Assembly: GCA_973851085.1 (NCBI GenBank)
Contig: OZ316775.1
Coordinates: 9,362,001 to 9,426,000, forward strand
Length of the DNA: 64,000 nt
Direction: 5' to 3'
Source of the DNA: Ptychomitrium polyphyllum
Taxonomy: Eukaryota
Notes under the pieces: generated by a model
The model's database searches: none
What the model saw: the letters and a program-made list of their open reading frames with translations, nothing else
Told to the model about the DNA's origin: nothing
Made by a program: the position numbers and the translations under genes
Shown: positions 13,499 through 27,800 of the stretch, piece after piece
How the letters are laid out: every line of letters begins with the position of its first letter
Position numbering within the stretch: the stretch's first letter is position 1

Positions 13499-16400
13499 CA
13501 TGCTACAAAGCGGTACTGATTGTTCAACATCATGTTTTAGTGATGTAATATTGCATGTTCACCCTACACTTTCCAGTGTAATTGGAGAGCACAAGGTTGA
13601 CGCTGGATCTGGATACCACCTTGATTTGAAAACTCCTGTTGATAGTGATTAACTGAGGATGAGAACGGTATTTGTTTTTTCTGAGAGTTTGGTGATGTAA
13701 TGGAATGAAAGGTGCCGAATCTGTCAAGAATGAGCACCAAATGTGCGGCAGCTTTATTTTCTGTATACTGTGCGTGACCGGTACCTTTGTCATGCAGAAC
13801 AAAGCCATGGCAGGAGATTAAGTGATCTTATAACTCTAATCTGGACTTAGTCGAGAACTTGACATCACATACTGTCAATTGCTTAGAAATTATAGCTGTG
13901 TGATGGTCTTGTTGGCTTCTAGAACTTCGGTGTGGTCTCGATGTGGACTTTTTGTGTCCCCTCAAATACAGAAGAGTGGAATGCTGAGTTTAGCCATGAC
14001 AGAAATTATTATCTGGAAGTGGTTAAATAGACAAAGATCTCACACCATGCATATCTATTCTCAGAAATGTATTGGGGCATAATATTCATTGTTGCATAAT
14101 TTGGCATTGAATAAGGCCACTGGACAATTCTCACAGAACTTTTGAAAAAAGGACTTAACAATAGAATTGTATGTCTCTACATGATAAAATTATTCCTTTG
14201 AGCAAAGGTATTTAAAAGTATCACAAAAGGGTACTTTGAAAGAAAATAAAGTTGGTAAAAGATCATGCATTGGTAAATATTGATTTTAATGGAAATAAAT
14301 GATTTAAAAGAATAACTCCATTTCATTGCTAGAAAAGTTGTTCCTATTAGATTGTTAATTTAGTCATTAAATCTAAGTAGGTAGTTTATGGATAAACAAA
14401 TTATTATATACATGGTTATGAAGATTTAATCTTGCTACAACCATCTTTTAGTGATGAGTCTTTCTTCATTAAATACCAACATGTAATTGCAATAGTGGCC
14501 TAACTAAGAATCCAATTCTAACTTACTTTTCTCTCAAAAGTTTAATGAACATTATTTAGTGACCTTTCTCCATAGCAAGTTATACTATCATGAACACTTT
14601 TAGTATTTCTACCCAAATCTTATTATATTTTTATCACAACTCTAAACCCATCATATCATCTTTCAAAACACCCTTTCAACACATCATCCAAAAGAACAAT
14701 TCCATCATTGAAATACAGCTTCAATGTCAAAACCTCACTCACTCTCCATGCCAAGTCATCAAACTAGACTCATGTCTTCACACATTCATTGCCACATGCC
14801 CCTCACTGCCAACTATTATTATAATGTCCCACTTCCTCACGTGAAGGGGAGTTGCTGTTTGTTGCTGCCATGGTGGGTGCCCTCTGCAATAATTCTCCAC
14901 AGATGATGAAGTCGAAGAAGAGGGCCCTACCTGTGTGAACTTCCCGAAGACTCTTCCTGCCACACTCCACATGATTGAACTTATCAGCATCTGCACGAAC
15001 AATGAGAATGATAATTCTAGCTTCCATCCGACTCTGTCTCTAACTACAAAGCTACAAGAACCTTGGAGGACGCCGCACAGAATATTCTAAGCAACCAATG
15101 CGCCTCAACACAAGCTCATGGTCGTCCTCTCTCTTTCCTTCTACAAACTGAAATCACCCTGGACTGAACACAGTGGGCATTCTCATTCATCCGCTCAACA
15201 GTATTCATCCTTTTGACCACCATTTCAACCATATTTGGTGGTCTTTCATCTGTTTTCATCCATTTCAGATGCACTAATTTGATAAGCATACTATCCGGCC
15301 TGCAGCACGTGGTGACTTTGGTGTCAATGTCGGTGATTGGTGCCACCATTTCAACATTTTTTTTTTTAGTGAGATCGGTTCCTGGAGGCTCACTTGGCCG
15401 TATTTGATTCAAAAACGATGTCGTTGATCATGTCAATGTTTGCAGCAACAGCACAAAAGCTGCATTAGTTCGTGCTTTTGAGGTTGTGAGGAGTCCACGA
15501 CCATTTCATTTGCATGCATAAGTTAGTTCTCGGGTGGAGCTGCACGAGGGTGAGGAAACAACTGACTGTTGCCTAAAAGCTGGAACTTTGCTTTTGGGAG
15601 GCCCTCAGCTGATTGGGAGCAGGTGAGCACTTTCGATCGCAACGTGGAGTGCAGTTGAAAGCGAGCTTTGTGGAGCTTTGTGAAGTGCACTTCTGTAGAG
15701 CGAGCTTGCCATAGCTGGGTTTGTGTTTTGAAATTCAAGGCGGAGGAGCACTGGGAGGCAAACGTTGGAGTTCAGCTCACGTCGTTTGTGGACGGAGGAG
15801 CCGAGGGCAACCATGACGTTTCGAGGTGTGACTTAGTACCAACACCATGATGGTTTTCAGTTTCTGTGTATGCGGCGGTAGATTACGTGTTGTGTATCAC
15901 AGGTAGCTTTTTGTTGAATCCTGCATGGGGGAAGAAGATGTTTTGAGATATCCCACATGGGAAGAGGGAGAGCACATGCTAGTCTTTCAATCATTCATGA
16001 GGGTTCTGGTCAAGTACTAAGTTTTTGGCATGTGGGATTGAGCTAGAAGCCTCCTGTGGATGGCTTTGTAGGGAATTTGGGAGAATAGAAAGTAAACAAA
16101 TGCTATGAAAGACGTAAGAAAGGAAAATTCCTCTGAGCAGTTTGGGCGATTCCTCTTTGCATTGCAAGTAGACTGTGTTGGTTTTGGGTCCAATCTAGTT
16201 GCTCATCTGGCGAAATTTGGGGTTTAACTCTGAAACGAAGTGCTACGTTTGAATTTGTCCTTGTGAGCACAACTTTCGCTAAACCCTAGTCTGAGAAGGA
16301 ATAAACGCTGAAAACAGATTCGCGTACTATGCCGCTATAGCCAGTTATAGCAACAGGAAGACATCGGTTGCATCTGAATTTATGCCTTCTGGTAGGAGAG

Positions 16401-16820
16401 CGTATCTGTTGGGCCTCTTCCAAGAATAGACAGAAAATCTCTCCAAGTAGCAGGAATATTTATTCGTAGAGTGTGCCACAATCGCAAGTTTCTCATTCTT
16501 CAAGGATTCGGAGATTGTTAGAAAACTTTGGTCTAAGATTGTTTTCACTTCTGTCGTGCTTGATCCTCTCTGAACCTAAATTTGGTTTTCAAACTTGGGT
16601 TAGTGGGTTTGCACGTCTTATATACTTCGAACACCTAAGAGGAATTTTTAGACCACTAGAGAAGATCACAACTCATACTATCACTTGCTTAAGCAATCAT
16701 ACTAGCAGTCTAATGCATGTAGCTCCTTCGATCTTAACATGATTGCATGGAATGTTTTCATCAAGTTTACTTTGCGTTTCGCGAGATGGCGACTGTGTGG
16801 ATGCAGGGATCCTGAAAACG

Positions 16821-19800
16821 ATGCGCAAGCTGAAAGATGACCTTCTGAACGACAGCGGTGATCACCCTCATGCCAGTTATCATCCTTGCACCAATAAATT
16901 CATCGGCACCGAGGTTCATCTCGTCGAGCAGGAAAAATATGTACTGCTATTTCTCCGGGATGACCACATGGCAGGACCTTCATTCGAGTCGTTCTAGATA
17001 GACGGTCTTCTCATGGTTTAGACTTGAGAAGAAACTGCCAATTTGAAGGTCTGTAACACGTATTTATTGTTGGCAGATTGTGTTGGACAATGGCATAGTC
17101 CGAGTCACTATTACCAAGCCTGGTGGAATTGTGACTGGTATCAAATATGGTGGAATCGAGAATCTCTTGGAAACTCATAACAAGGAAACCAACAGAGGGT
17201 GGTTATTCAACACTTCTTTATGACTTCTTCCTCTTACTAGTTCTTTACAAGTGATAAATTTTTCTCAAGAATTTCAACTAAACAATGCAGATTCTGAATG
17301 AATCATGAAGCATTTTTTTATCTCTGCTTCCTTGTTGCTTAGGGTGATTCTGTTACTGGCCACTGTAATTTGTTTGAGTGACATGAGGATATTTTTGTCG
17401 AAGTTGATTTAGGTGTTTGAGAGCGATAATATCTGGCCTTATCATTTGTAGCAAAATATTGCCAAATCTTATTCTTGGCATGGTTGTAACATGAGCATTG
17501 CAGATATTGGGATCTGAACTGGAGCCAGAAAGGTGGAAAGGACATTTTTGACGTGTACATTCTCTGGCCCATGGATTTTAGAACGATTTCCTTTTGAATT
17601 TTCTGCTAGATCGGTGACCATCAGTGCAGTTAATGAATATCACTGCTGGGTTTATGGCGAGATCTTTCTAGTCCTTTGATCTTCTGGGTTTCATTTTCCC
17701 CTGTTCCATGGTCATAGTTCTGCATGGTTATGTAAGACTTTCTTTGTCTTTTTGTTTGCAGTATCTCTGGAACGACCTTCAAAGTTGTGTACAAGGATGC
17801 AGATATGGTGGAGGTTTCCTTTTTCCGACCGCATGATTCCAAGTCTGGTACAGGCATACCTCTCAACATCGATAAGCGGTAATTACCTAACACGCTCGCA
17901 TAGCAAAGACTGCATACCAATGATGTTAATGCCTCATATATTCTATTATTGATTTTCATACTCACATAATATCTTACTTTAATTTAACAGGTTGTCACAT
18001 ACTTACTGGCCTTGTAGATTCATGCTCATGCGAGGTAGTTCAGGTTTCTACTCTTACGGCATCTACGAACGACCAAGCGGGTGGCCTGCCTTCAACTTTA
18101 ATCAAACACGAATCACGTTTAAGCTACAAAAAGACAGGTGCAACACTTCTCTAATTCTTTTGCAGCAAACTATTAGTACTATAGTACATATATCCACTTT
18201 CTATAAATTTGGTTGCAGGTTTGTGGTCTGCAATTGATTACTCTCCTGTTACACACCCATCCCTTGGGTGCCGTTTTTGTGCACTGAAGTATCAATAAGT
18301 GCACTGAATACCCCAAAGGTTCCATTACATGGCCGTTGCAGACGACATACAGAGATTGATGCCTTGCCCTGAGGACTTGATGCCGGACAGGTGTAAGCAG
18401 CTGGCCTACCCCGAAGCACATGTTCTTACAAATCCTTGCGAACCTGACCTTTGTGGAGAGGTAGGTTGACGTGAAGTTAAATGATTTGCTCACCTTATGG
18501 GTTTCTTGACACTGAAAAGTGATTATATTCATGTTTTGCAATATCAGAAGTGCAAGATTAGTGGATGAATGGACCACAAACCTCCAAAATCTAAGGTGAG
18601 TCTAGATGGTTTGAAGAGTTCTTCCCAAACTTTTTCAGTTGAGTTGTTTAGTTAAAATTGAGAACTTGTGACTCTGGGTGTTCAGGTGGATGACAAATAT
18701 CAGTATACCATGAACAACAAAGACATGAAAGTGCATGGCTGGGTGAGCGCCAACCCGATGGTGGGTTTTTGGATCATCAGTCCCAGCAACGAGTTTCGAA
18801 ATGGGGGTCCCACCAAGCAGAACTTGACTTCTCATGTTGGCCCTACATGTCTGGCTGTGAGTTCAATTTTTTTCCCTCAAAACTAATGGCAGTAAACTCA
18901 ACCTTATTGCCGACTTTTGTCTTCAACCTAGTACACCTCATCGTCAGTCTCATCCTCAAAGCTCGGATTCTCGTGGTAAATTTAACACTTTTAGGGTGCA
19001 CATGTCTATGTGTTCAGGTGTTTCAGGGTGCACATTATGCTGGTGGCGATCTTTGCCCTAGCTTTGAGGAAGGGGAAGCTTGGCAAAAAGTCTTTGGTCC
19101 TGTCTTTATATACCTCAACTCTGCGCCGATGGGCACCCCATGTCCTGCCCTTTGGCAGAATGCCAAGGCTCAAGTGAGCGTGCATTCATTTACTTGTCAT
19201 TTTCAATTGACAAATTTTTTTATGGGTTTTAGTACTGATTTTCGCATGTCAACCAACACCTGGTATGTGTCCTGTTTTTCAGTACCATTGTGTTGGTAAA
19301 TAAGAGGAAATTATATCATTTTGATAAACCAAATGTTAGCTGCATGAAATCTAATTGTGCTGCAGGCAATAACAGAAGAGATGGCATGGCCCTACTCCTG
19401 GCCTGCTTCAACTGCCTTTCCGAAGGAAGCTGAACGCGGCACTGTTTCTGGTCGGCTTCTTGTTTCGGATCCGTAAGAACATCTAACTTAGTTAAGTTAT
19501 GCTATATTCTTTAAGTTCTGTTATTAAGTTAAGCTAAACTAAACTCTTATGCTGGTAGGTTCCAGCCACCATATACATGGGGAGGGAAGTATGCATTCTT
19601 GGGGTTGGCAGCTCCAGGCGAGCCAGGTTCATGGCAAACTGAGAGTAAGGTAAAACTGATTAATTGGAATAATCTGCTTCACTGTGTACAGTCAATTGCA
19701 GATTCTCGTGATTGTTTGCAAGCTCATGATGGTTAGTTCTTGTCTGGCCGATCCAAGTTAGCTCCTTGTTTCATAATTTCATTTCAAATTGCAGAACTTG

Positions 19801-21364
19801 TATGAACATTCAATTTAACATGCATTGGACTTGATGTCGATCAAATCATGTATAGGGTTACCAGTTCTGGACCCAAGCGGATGCTAATGGGCACTTCTGC
19901 ATACGAAGCATTCGCGCTGGAGTGTATGACCTGTATGGATGGGTTCCTGGTATTGTGGGAGACTATAAATTCGAAAAGGGTTCCATTCATATACAGCCAG
20001 GTAAGGACATGTTGAATTATCTGGCTTAATTAAATTCTAATTTTATGTTCTCTTCTGAAAACGGGTCAAAAAGTCTTCAGATTCATTTCATTCAAATTGT
20101 ACATGCGGCAGGTGCGGTAATTGAAATAGGGGACACAACTTATACTTGTCCTCGAGACGGGGCTACTGTGTGGGAGATTGGCATCCCTGACCGCACAGCG
20201 AATGGGTTTTTTGTGCCGGATGCCAATCCTAAATACGTCAATAGGCTCTTCCTCAATCACCCTCAAAAGTAAGAACATTCTTTTTTCTAATTATAATCGC
20301 CAAAGAAAACATGTAGTCGCTCTAGCCATTCTTTACAAGGGTGACGTATTATAGATTGACATGAGCAGCAACTAGAGTAATCACATTGCCAATTTCAGGT
20401 GGCGTCAGTACGGCTTGTGGGAACGATATACAGATCTCTATCCCACACAAGACTTGGTTTACACGGTTGGCCGAAGTGACTGGCGAACAGACTGGTTCTT
20501 TGCACATCTCAACAGGTACGCCAACCTCTTAAAAAATGATGCTCATTCAGCAATACTTGTTCTGTAGAGGACTCGTGCCATCGCGCCCAGCTGGGAAGTT
20601 GATGAAACGAAAACATCCACATGCATCTAAGTTGCAACGTGAGCTGCCATTGATCTTCACTTCTTAATCACGGTGGATGGTTTGGTGCAGGTTCAAGCCT
20701 GATGGTTCATTTGAACCTACTACCTGGGAGGTTCGCTTTGAGCTTCCTCAAGTAATCACTAGCAGCCCTTATAAACTTCGAATTGCAACGGCAGCTGCAA
20801 ATGGAGCAGCCATTCAGGTAATCATTATATCACAATCAAACTTGTGCTTGGTGGCTCTTTTTGAAATGATTTGATTTTCTAAATATTCTATATAAAATAT
20901 TTGTCTTTAAAAATCAAAGGGATTTAAGGCATCTGGGTTCGCATTATGTTGATATCAAATGTAAAACCAGTATGTCTAACGTTTCGATGGTTAAGTAGCG
21001 GTTGGTGTGAGGAAGCAGTTGCAATTGGGTCCGTTTACAGTATTGTCGCTGCAAACTCCATGGTTTTGTTGATGAAACTTGAATCATATGTTTTTAGCTG
21101 TTTGTGAACAAGCTCGACTACAGAAAACCCGTGTTTGACACGATGCAATACGGTAGAGACAATGCTATCGCACGCCATGGCATTCACGGACTGTACAAGC
21201 TGTGGACTATTGACGTTGATCCACACCTTCTGCTAGTTGGGCAAAATAGCTTCTATCTGCGTCAGAGGAAGGCCACTGGCCCTTTCACTGCAGTAATGTA
21301 TGATTATTTGCGTCTGGAAGCCCCTGCATGTAACCCCTCTGGGCCGGCTTTGGCTTCAACTTGA
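16821..21364 (+). CDS. Rhamnogalacturonan (rhamnogalacturonate) lyase, polysaccharide lyase family 4, about 669 aa
   Basis: 15 exons join in frame (2010 nt): 16821-16940, 17077-17198, 17504-17554, 17762-17878, 18018-18137, 18319-18460, 18686-18856, 19018-19173, 19366-19472, 19559-19649, 19856-20000, 20112-20268, 20399-20515, 20691-20817, 21098-21364. Motifs: VLDNGIV, NRGYWDLNW, GEVDDKY, SNEFRNGGPTKQNLTSHVGP, GAHYAG, WEIGIPDR, GRDNAIARHGIHGL, MYDYLRLE. The start codon is less certain than the rest. Confidence 0.95.
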
Positions 21365-21728
21365 CTTAGCTTGATTGCTAGTCAGATCGATAGATTGGCA
21401 ATGCTATTCTTGCCCCATTCTTGCGTCCCGTTGTTTGGATGTTTGGAAAGGAATCTTGATGTAAATTGAAAAATTTGGTACAAAATAAAAAGCATCATCT
21501 CTGCTTCAGCTCGTACTTCAGCATTGTTGGACTTAAAATGATTTTATATCAATATTAACACTAACGTTAACGTTTCAAAAACATGTTGACAATGTTGCTC
21601 TAGCTCTTGCTTGGGCAATGTAAGGAGCTGTAAGTCGAAATTAAATGAAAGAGTAGATTAACGATTTGTTAATTGTACATGTACATCACTACTTTGAAGT
21701 GACACGGTTTTTATGTCTGATTCAACTC

Positions 21729-24700
21729 TTAACTGGGCAATTTTTGACTACTACAAGCGACCTCATTAGAGATTTCATCGAGATGCGTGGGCGGAGGAGG
21801 GATGGAAGCATCCTGAGTCCCCTCCAGCATTTCAACCACCGTGTGCATCGACGGCCGGATTTGCTCCTTCTTTTGCACGCACCACAACGCACACCTAATT
21901 GCCAATAGAATCTGCTTCTCATCGTAGTTCTTCAAGTGCTTGTCCACAATGTGAGCCACCTTGCCCTCTCTCACCTCATTATACACCCACATTAAAAAAT
22001 CCGTGTCACTTCTTGTCTTATCACAGCACCTGCTCCCCGTGATCATCTCCAGCAGCACAATTCCGAAGCTGTAAACGTCCACTTTCACGGTGACAACTCG
22101 GCCTGAAATCCACTCCGGTGCCAGATAGCCCCTTGTCCCACGCAGATGAGTCCTCGTCCACGACTTGTCAATGCCCATGATCTTGGCCAATCCGAAATCC
22201 GAAACCTTCACCTGGTAGTTCTCATCCAATAGAATATTCTCCGGTTTCACGTCACAGTGGATGATGCGAGGCCTGCCTCCTTGTAGCTCATGGCACTGAC
22301 GCAACCCTTTGGCGGTGCCAATGGCTATGCTCAACCGAGTGGGCCAGTCGAGGTGATGATGATGCTTCCACCCACCTTCATTGAAAAGAAATCTCTCCAA
22401 AGACCGGTTGGCAACGAACTCATAAACCAACATATCGTGTTCCTCATCCGAGCAGAATCCGTAGAGACGAACTAGGTTTGGATGGGAAATACTTCCAACC
22501 GTCAACACTTCAGTTTGGAACTGCTGTCGCCCTTGCTGGGACTTCTCCAGCTTCTTCACAGCAATCAACCTGTTGTTAGGCAGCTTGCCTTTGTACACCT
22601 TCCCAAATGCCCCGGACCCCAGAAGCTTCCGGAAGTTTCGAGTGGCCGCTCGAATCTCTTCAAAGGTGAAGCTTCGGGGCTTCCCTTCAGAAAAGCCTTC
22701 ATCAAGGAAAGAGTTTGTAATGACAACTTTGATGAAACTTGAGTTATGGCTGCGTTTGACTGAGTCCAAGCTGTCAACGGGGTTCAACGTCTTGTTGGAC
22801 GGCGAGTTTGCTGGCGGCCTCAGCTTGCAGCCTAGATGGAAACTTCTTCCAACCAAACACCAGCAGAGGACTAACACTGCTAAAACGATCGCTGTGCCAA
22901 AGGTGGACGCTGAGGTTACAATGATAACCAGCATGCTGGTAGAGAGAGATTGAGTTGAACCTTTTGTAGCAGGGGTTGGGGTTGTGATTCCTGGCTCAGG
23001 AGCTATCACAGGTACCCCATTTTGGCAACGCACTGCAGTGGAAAGATTTCGATCTGGTATGCAACCTGGTTCCAGAACGGCAGCCCAGACTTGGGTCCAT
23101 GTTCCCCCAACAGTTTGCACATACAGCCGGAAGTTGCCATCTGGGTCCAATGTTAACCGTCTCACCAAAGCTAAGCCAATCCCTGATGCTTTGGAGGTTA
23201 ATGATATGTTGTACAGGCCAGAAGGGCCACGAATGTTATTAATGTTGAATTGTCCATAGTCGTCCAGTACTGCGTAGTTTGTTTCGATCAGCCGCTGCTG
23301 GACATTTGGTGTTTCACTGATCCAGTACTTAAGATTAGACTGTACCCATAGCCCAAGGTTGCCGTCCTGTTGGTATACGAGAGAATAAGGACCTGGAGTG
23401 GGGTCGACAACAGCGCTTGACGGCTTGAATTCGGAGCTTGAGAACGAGGTAAGCATATGATCTGAAATTAACGAAACAAATGAAACAAATGAAGAAGATT
23501 ATCAACTTTAATTTTAACGGGGTGCACAGTTTTTTTTCACACTAGTCCCAGATGCTAACCAGATCAATAATTTTGGTTTTTGCTTTTAGCAATGCAGGTT
23601 TAACTTGAGTCAAGAGGTTATGCAAATAATGCAATTCTTCTCCTGTCTCCAAATTGTATGCACAGTCGGTTGGTTGCTTTAGAACGATTTGAAAAATAAA
23701 ATAGTTCTGCATTGAACTTCACCTCACACGACTCATACTGGGACAGAGCTTGGCTGAAATGCATTGAACTAGTGTCTATGATCTACGAACTGTATCTCCT
23801 TTTGGCAATTGATACACTGGGTTCAGAAAAGCTAGAAGGCTTATGCAAAATCAAAAGCGTAATTTTTCTAGTTCAACCAATCATTAAGAACTTTGCAGAG
23901 TAAGAGATCACCGGAGATTGTTCACCTGGACGAAAGATCTGACCCGGAAGAAGGGTGTCAAAGGGCATGCCGAAGCTCTCAAATACTAGAGTAGTGGAAG
24001 TAACTGTCTCGTCATAGAAGACAAAATTGCCATCGTTCAACACTTTTGCCTTGGTCGATTTCTGAATCTTCCAAGTGGTTGTATTCATGGATTTTTCCTG
24101 AGTAGTGAAAACTGTGAATGAGACGCCATCCCACTCTGCATGAGACGTATTCAGACCAGGTCTCGGATCGGCAATCCAAATTACCTTCGAAATATTGAGG
24201 TAAGAAACTTCATCTGCATTTACAGGTGCAGAACTTGAATTAGGAGAAAGCGCATTGATTTAAAAACCTTCAAATAAAACTACACCTGTCAAAAGATTTT
24301 GGACCGCCGTGTATTTCATATCAATCATCCAACATTTCGAAACTACTAACTAAAGAAGACCAATGAACTAAGAATTTTGTATTAGATTTACCTCTTCAGT
24401 CATTTGAAAAATCTCTGAGTTAAGGATAACCCAATCGTTGTGGAGTTTCAGTGTGGAAGTACAAGAAAATGTTTACTGCTGTTTCTTGCATTTCCACAAC
24501 GGCTCTAAACTAGCAACAGTTCATTGCAACATATCCACAAGGTTCGTTCTAACTAGCACAGAAACAAGGTCTAATATTCCCTAATCTATTTATACCAAAC
24601 AGAATTATCGAAAATGCAAAAGTCACCTGTGAACCAGCAGCCGAAGTAGAATCTGTTCTGAACATCGGGAAAGAATCCCACACCGAATCTGCCGTTTTCT

Positions 24701-24867
24701 GAGAGCAGTACGTCGTTAATACTCGCTGAAAGGCTATCACCGACAGTCAAGTTATGCAAGATGCTCCCTGAAGCGAAATGGCCCTCAAAACATATCAATA
24801 AGGAGGTTATAAGAAAGATTAATATCCTTAAGGAGGCACTAATCACTGCCTCCCTGAAATGGCTCAT
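21729..24867 (-). CDS. G-type (bulb) lectin S-domain receptor-like Ser/Thr kinase, SD2-like, non-RD, about 753 aa
   Basis: Exons 24867-24627, 24213-23926 and 23461-21729 join in frame (2262 nt). Features: signal peptide, B-lectin motifs LLSENGRFGVGFF and LNDGNFV...FESFGMPFDTLLPGQ, S-locus-type RRLTLDPDGNFRLY, TM, and kinase GSGAFGKVYKG, IIHCDVKPEN, DFGLAK, GTRGYLAPEW. Confidence 0.93.
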
Positions 24868-27800
24868 CTCTTAAGCCTTGCATACTTTCTTCTTAAATAC
24901 TGCTCCCAATTGCTGCGAAGGCACAAACATCCCTGACTCGCTCCACGTCCATATATTCCAGAACTCTTGTCTATCTCTGAGGTGTGCGTACAAGATTACT
25001 TATTTCGAAACAGCCAATGGGGCTACTTCATCACTTGTTGAATGATTTTTCAAAACCAAACGAATTTCTAGCATTTTGCTGAACAGTAGAGATTACCACC
25101 TAAAGTCATGCCTAGCTAAACACGTTAAACCCAGGAGATCTTCACACAGACGAACAGCATGTTCCAGCCTAAAATGTTTCACCCTTTCTAGTCTTTACAG
25201 ATGTTGTTGACCCCAAGGCCTGTCAACCACTTTTTCAACTATCACCATCTAAGCTCTAGATCAGCATTTACAAGTTCACTGCATACAATCCAATATATGT
25301 GTGTACCAACATCTTTCTTAAAAAGAACCACAAACTGGACTACACTCAATCCCAGACTTCCGGTTGTCCCTAAAACCACCGACTGCGAGGCCCACAATTT
25401 ATCAGGATTCAGAAGCAGAACAGAAGATCAAACCCAGAAGTCAATTGCTTACCTCGTCAGATCAAACATCCCTCGAATCTCAAAATTCTTCACTTCAATT
25501 TTCAACTTGAAGGCTTGAAAAAGGCATCAGTCTGACAGATATTGAGCTACTCTGTCACGTTAGTCATAGCTTTGTCCAATCGTGCACCCGCGTCCTACTT
25601 TTTCTCGTACTAATTAATTTACCTTCTCAGTTGAATCAAAACTAGAATTTTGGCTCTCACTACTGTTCCAAGAGTGCTTGGTCATCAGTCCTAGCTATTG
25701 TTTGGTCTAAGCTCTTAACTTACAAAAATAACGCAGAAGCCACGGAGCAGCCGATAATCAGCAATCAACTCTGTAACTCTGGAAGTAACACGATGTTGTG
25801 CTCTGTAACTCTGAACTGTTACCCGTTAACTCACTCGGAGATATCCCATCTTTGGTTGACTTCCAATCCAGGGATTACCGGTAGGTGTTTGAGCAGAATG
25901 GTTTTAGCGAACCTACCAGAGCAAACGGACTTTTCTTAGCATAAATCGCAGTTCCTGCAATAAAACCCGCAGTCCACGACTCCAATTGCCTCTAGCTTCT
26001 TTCATGTTATATTTGCAGAAAGCAAATAAAGTTTTTCTCAGAAATGTACATTATGGGCAATTATGAATGCATGATGGAAATTGACTTTCATGGAAAAATT
26101 CTAAATAAAGTAGTTGGTTACATACTCATTCTAAATGGCGACCTTTACTCTTGACCTGCAGTAATTGAGTCAACAGCTACAGAACCCCACTTGTGTCTAC
26201 ACTATCTGTGGATCATCTGCCACGGATGGTCAACCATTCAATACAGAAATCTGACACGAAGTTGCCGCCTTCATACCGAATAAAGCCAAATCGAAAGAAC
26301 CGATTCAAAAACAAAAAAAATTAAACCGTGTTTGGAGGTGTTTTATGGTTACTCATGAACAGCAGATTTCAAATGATTGTGCAGAGTTGAGGGAATTGAG
26401 AAGAATACGCGCTGTGTACATGAGAGAAGTGCCACGATTGTGATTTATCAATCTTTGAAGATCATGAAAAGATTGTTGGACTGATTGTTGGATCGTTTAA
26501 TGTTTTTAGTTCTGCTGTAAACCATAGCCCTCTCAACTTAAACTAGGCTTGCGATCCGATCTCTGTTAAGTTGGTGGTTTTGCACATCAGATGAGCTTCC
26601 AAGATCTAAGAATCTTCAGATTACTGCCTCTCAGTGCTCCTAGATTCCGAAAATTGAACCTAACTATAGCTTTGCCTTAGCTAGGACGAATCAAGTGATG
26701 TTGAAAACAAAGGTCTGAATAAGGAAGAAGGGGTCGAGAATGGGACATCACGAGTATCCAAGGGTTCAGAATTCATGTCAAAGGTGTCTTCCCCACCTTT
26801 CTGGCTACACTTCAGACCCCATCTACCTGCAAATTGATCAGTATTTGTGTAGAAAGCCATGCCAAGAAATATGACGTCGCCTGTTTTGGCAGTATTTTAC
26901 TTCAAATAGCGAAAGCTAGGCTTCGACACGCTTAAATATCTGAACATTAACTTCGTCATGCACGCTCCCCGCTTCACGCTGAAGATGTGTATTATCAAAG
27001 TGGTCACTCACAGAATCTTCTTCATAAGTGAAAGAATAAGAACTAGAAGAAAATACATTCAATTAGAATAGTCACTACTCAAAACAATTCTAACACTTTA
27101 AAACACTTTAAAACTTGGAAACCAGTTCCTTTATTCCAGGATAAGTGTTAGGCTTGCTAAAAATGTCATGCGTGTGTAACTCGTTGATCACCTGATTTTC
27201 AGGACTCATGCCGGGAACATGTCTGAATTGTGCGTGTACAAGCCTGTGGTGAATTTCTAAGCTCTTGGGAAGTGGTCAAGTAGGTCACTTCCAACTCCCA
27301 ATCTCTGGTAATAATTTAGAACTTGTGTGCGATAAGAATCAAGAATCGTCCCTTCAATTTAGAAGTTGCTTTTGAATCTGCAACGATGCAACGATACAGA
27401 TGGTTTCCTCCAAAATATGAGATACTAAGAAATGACAAGGTCCTCCTAAATTGCATTCAATTAGTGATGCAGTTAAGGTAGAAGTACCTTGAACCATAGC
27501 TATCTCAAAACCAGAGTAGAGGTGTTTTGTGAAATTAACATTCAATCAACTAGAAAGCGGCAACTTTCATCAATACATGGCACTTCCATGAGGATAAATT
27601 CATGGAAGTAAAATTGGTGCAAATGAAGGCATGTGACTAAAAAATACATGTAGTCACAAGTATAGCTGGTGATATGAAGCACAAACTCCTTCAATCTTAA
27701 TGAAACAAGGTTACCCCTTTGAGATAGGGTGTCTAGATGGGTCATTGTATCGGATTCCTAGGCTAGATAGGCTAGAAGGCATCCAATCCTGCATTCAAAT

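Noticed and set aside
14590..15850. Cluster of 60-98 aa ORFs between the LRR kinase and the lyase
   Set aside because: No recognisable motifs and no consistent splice model.
22290..23259. Several + strand ORFs of 61-126 aa
   Set aside because: Antisense shadows of the lectin kinase's long exon.
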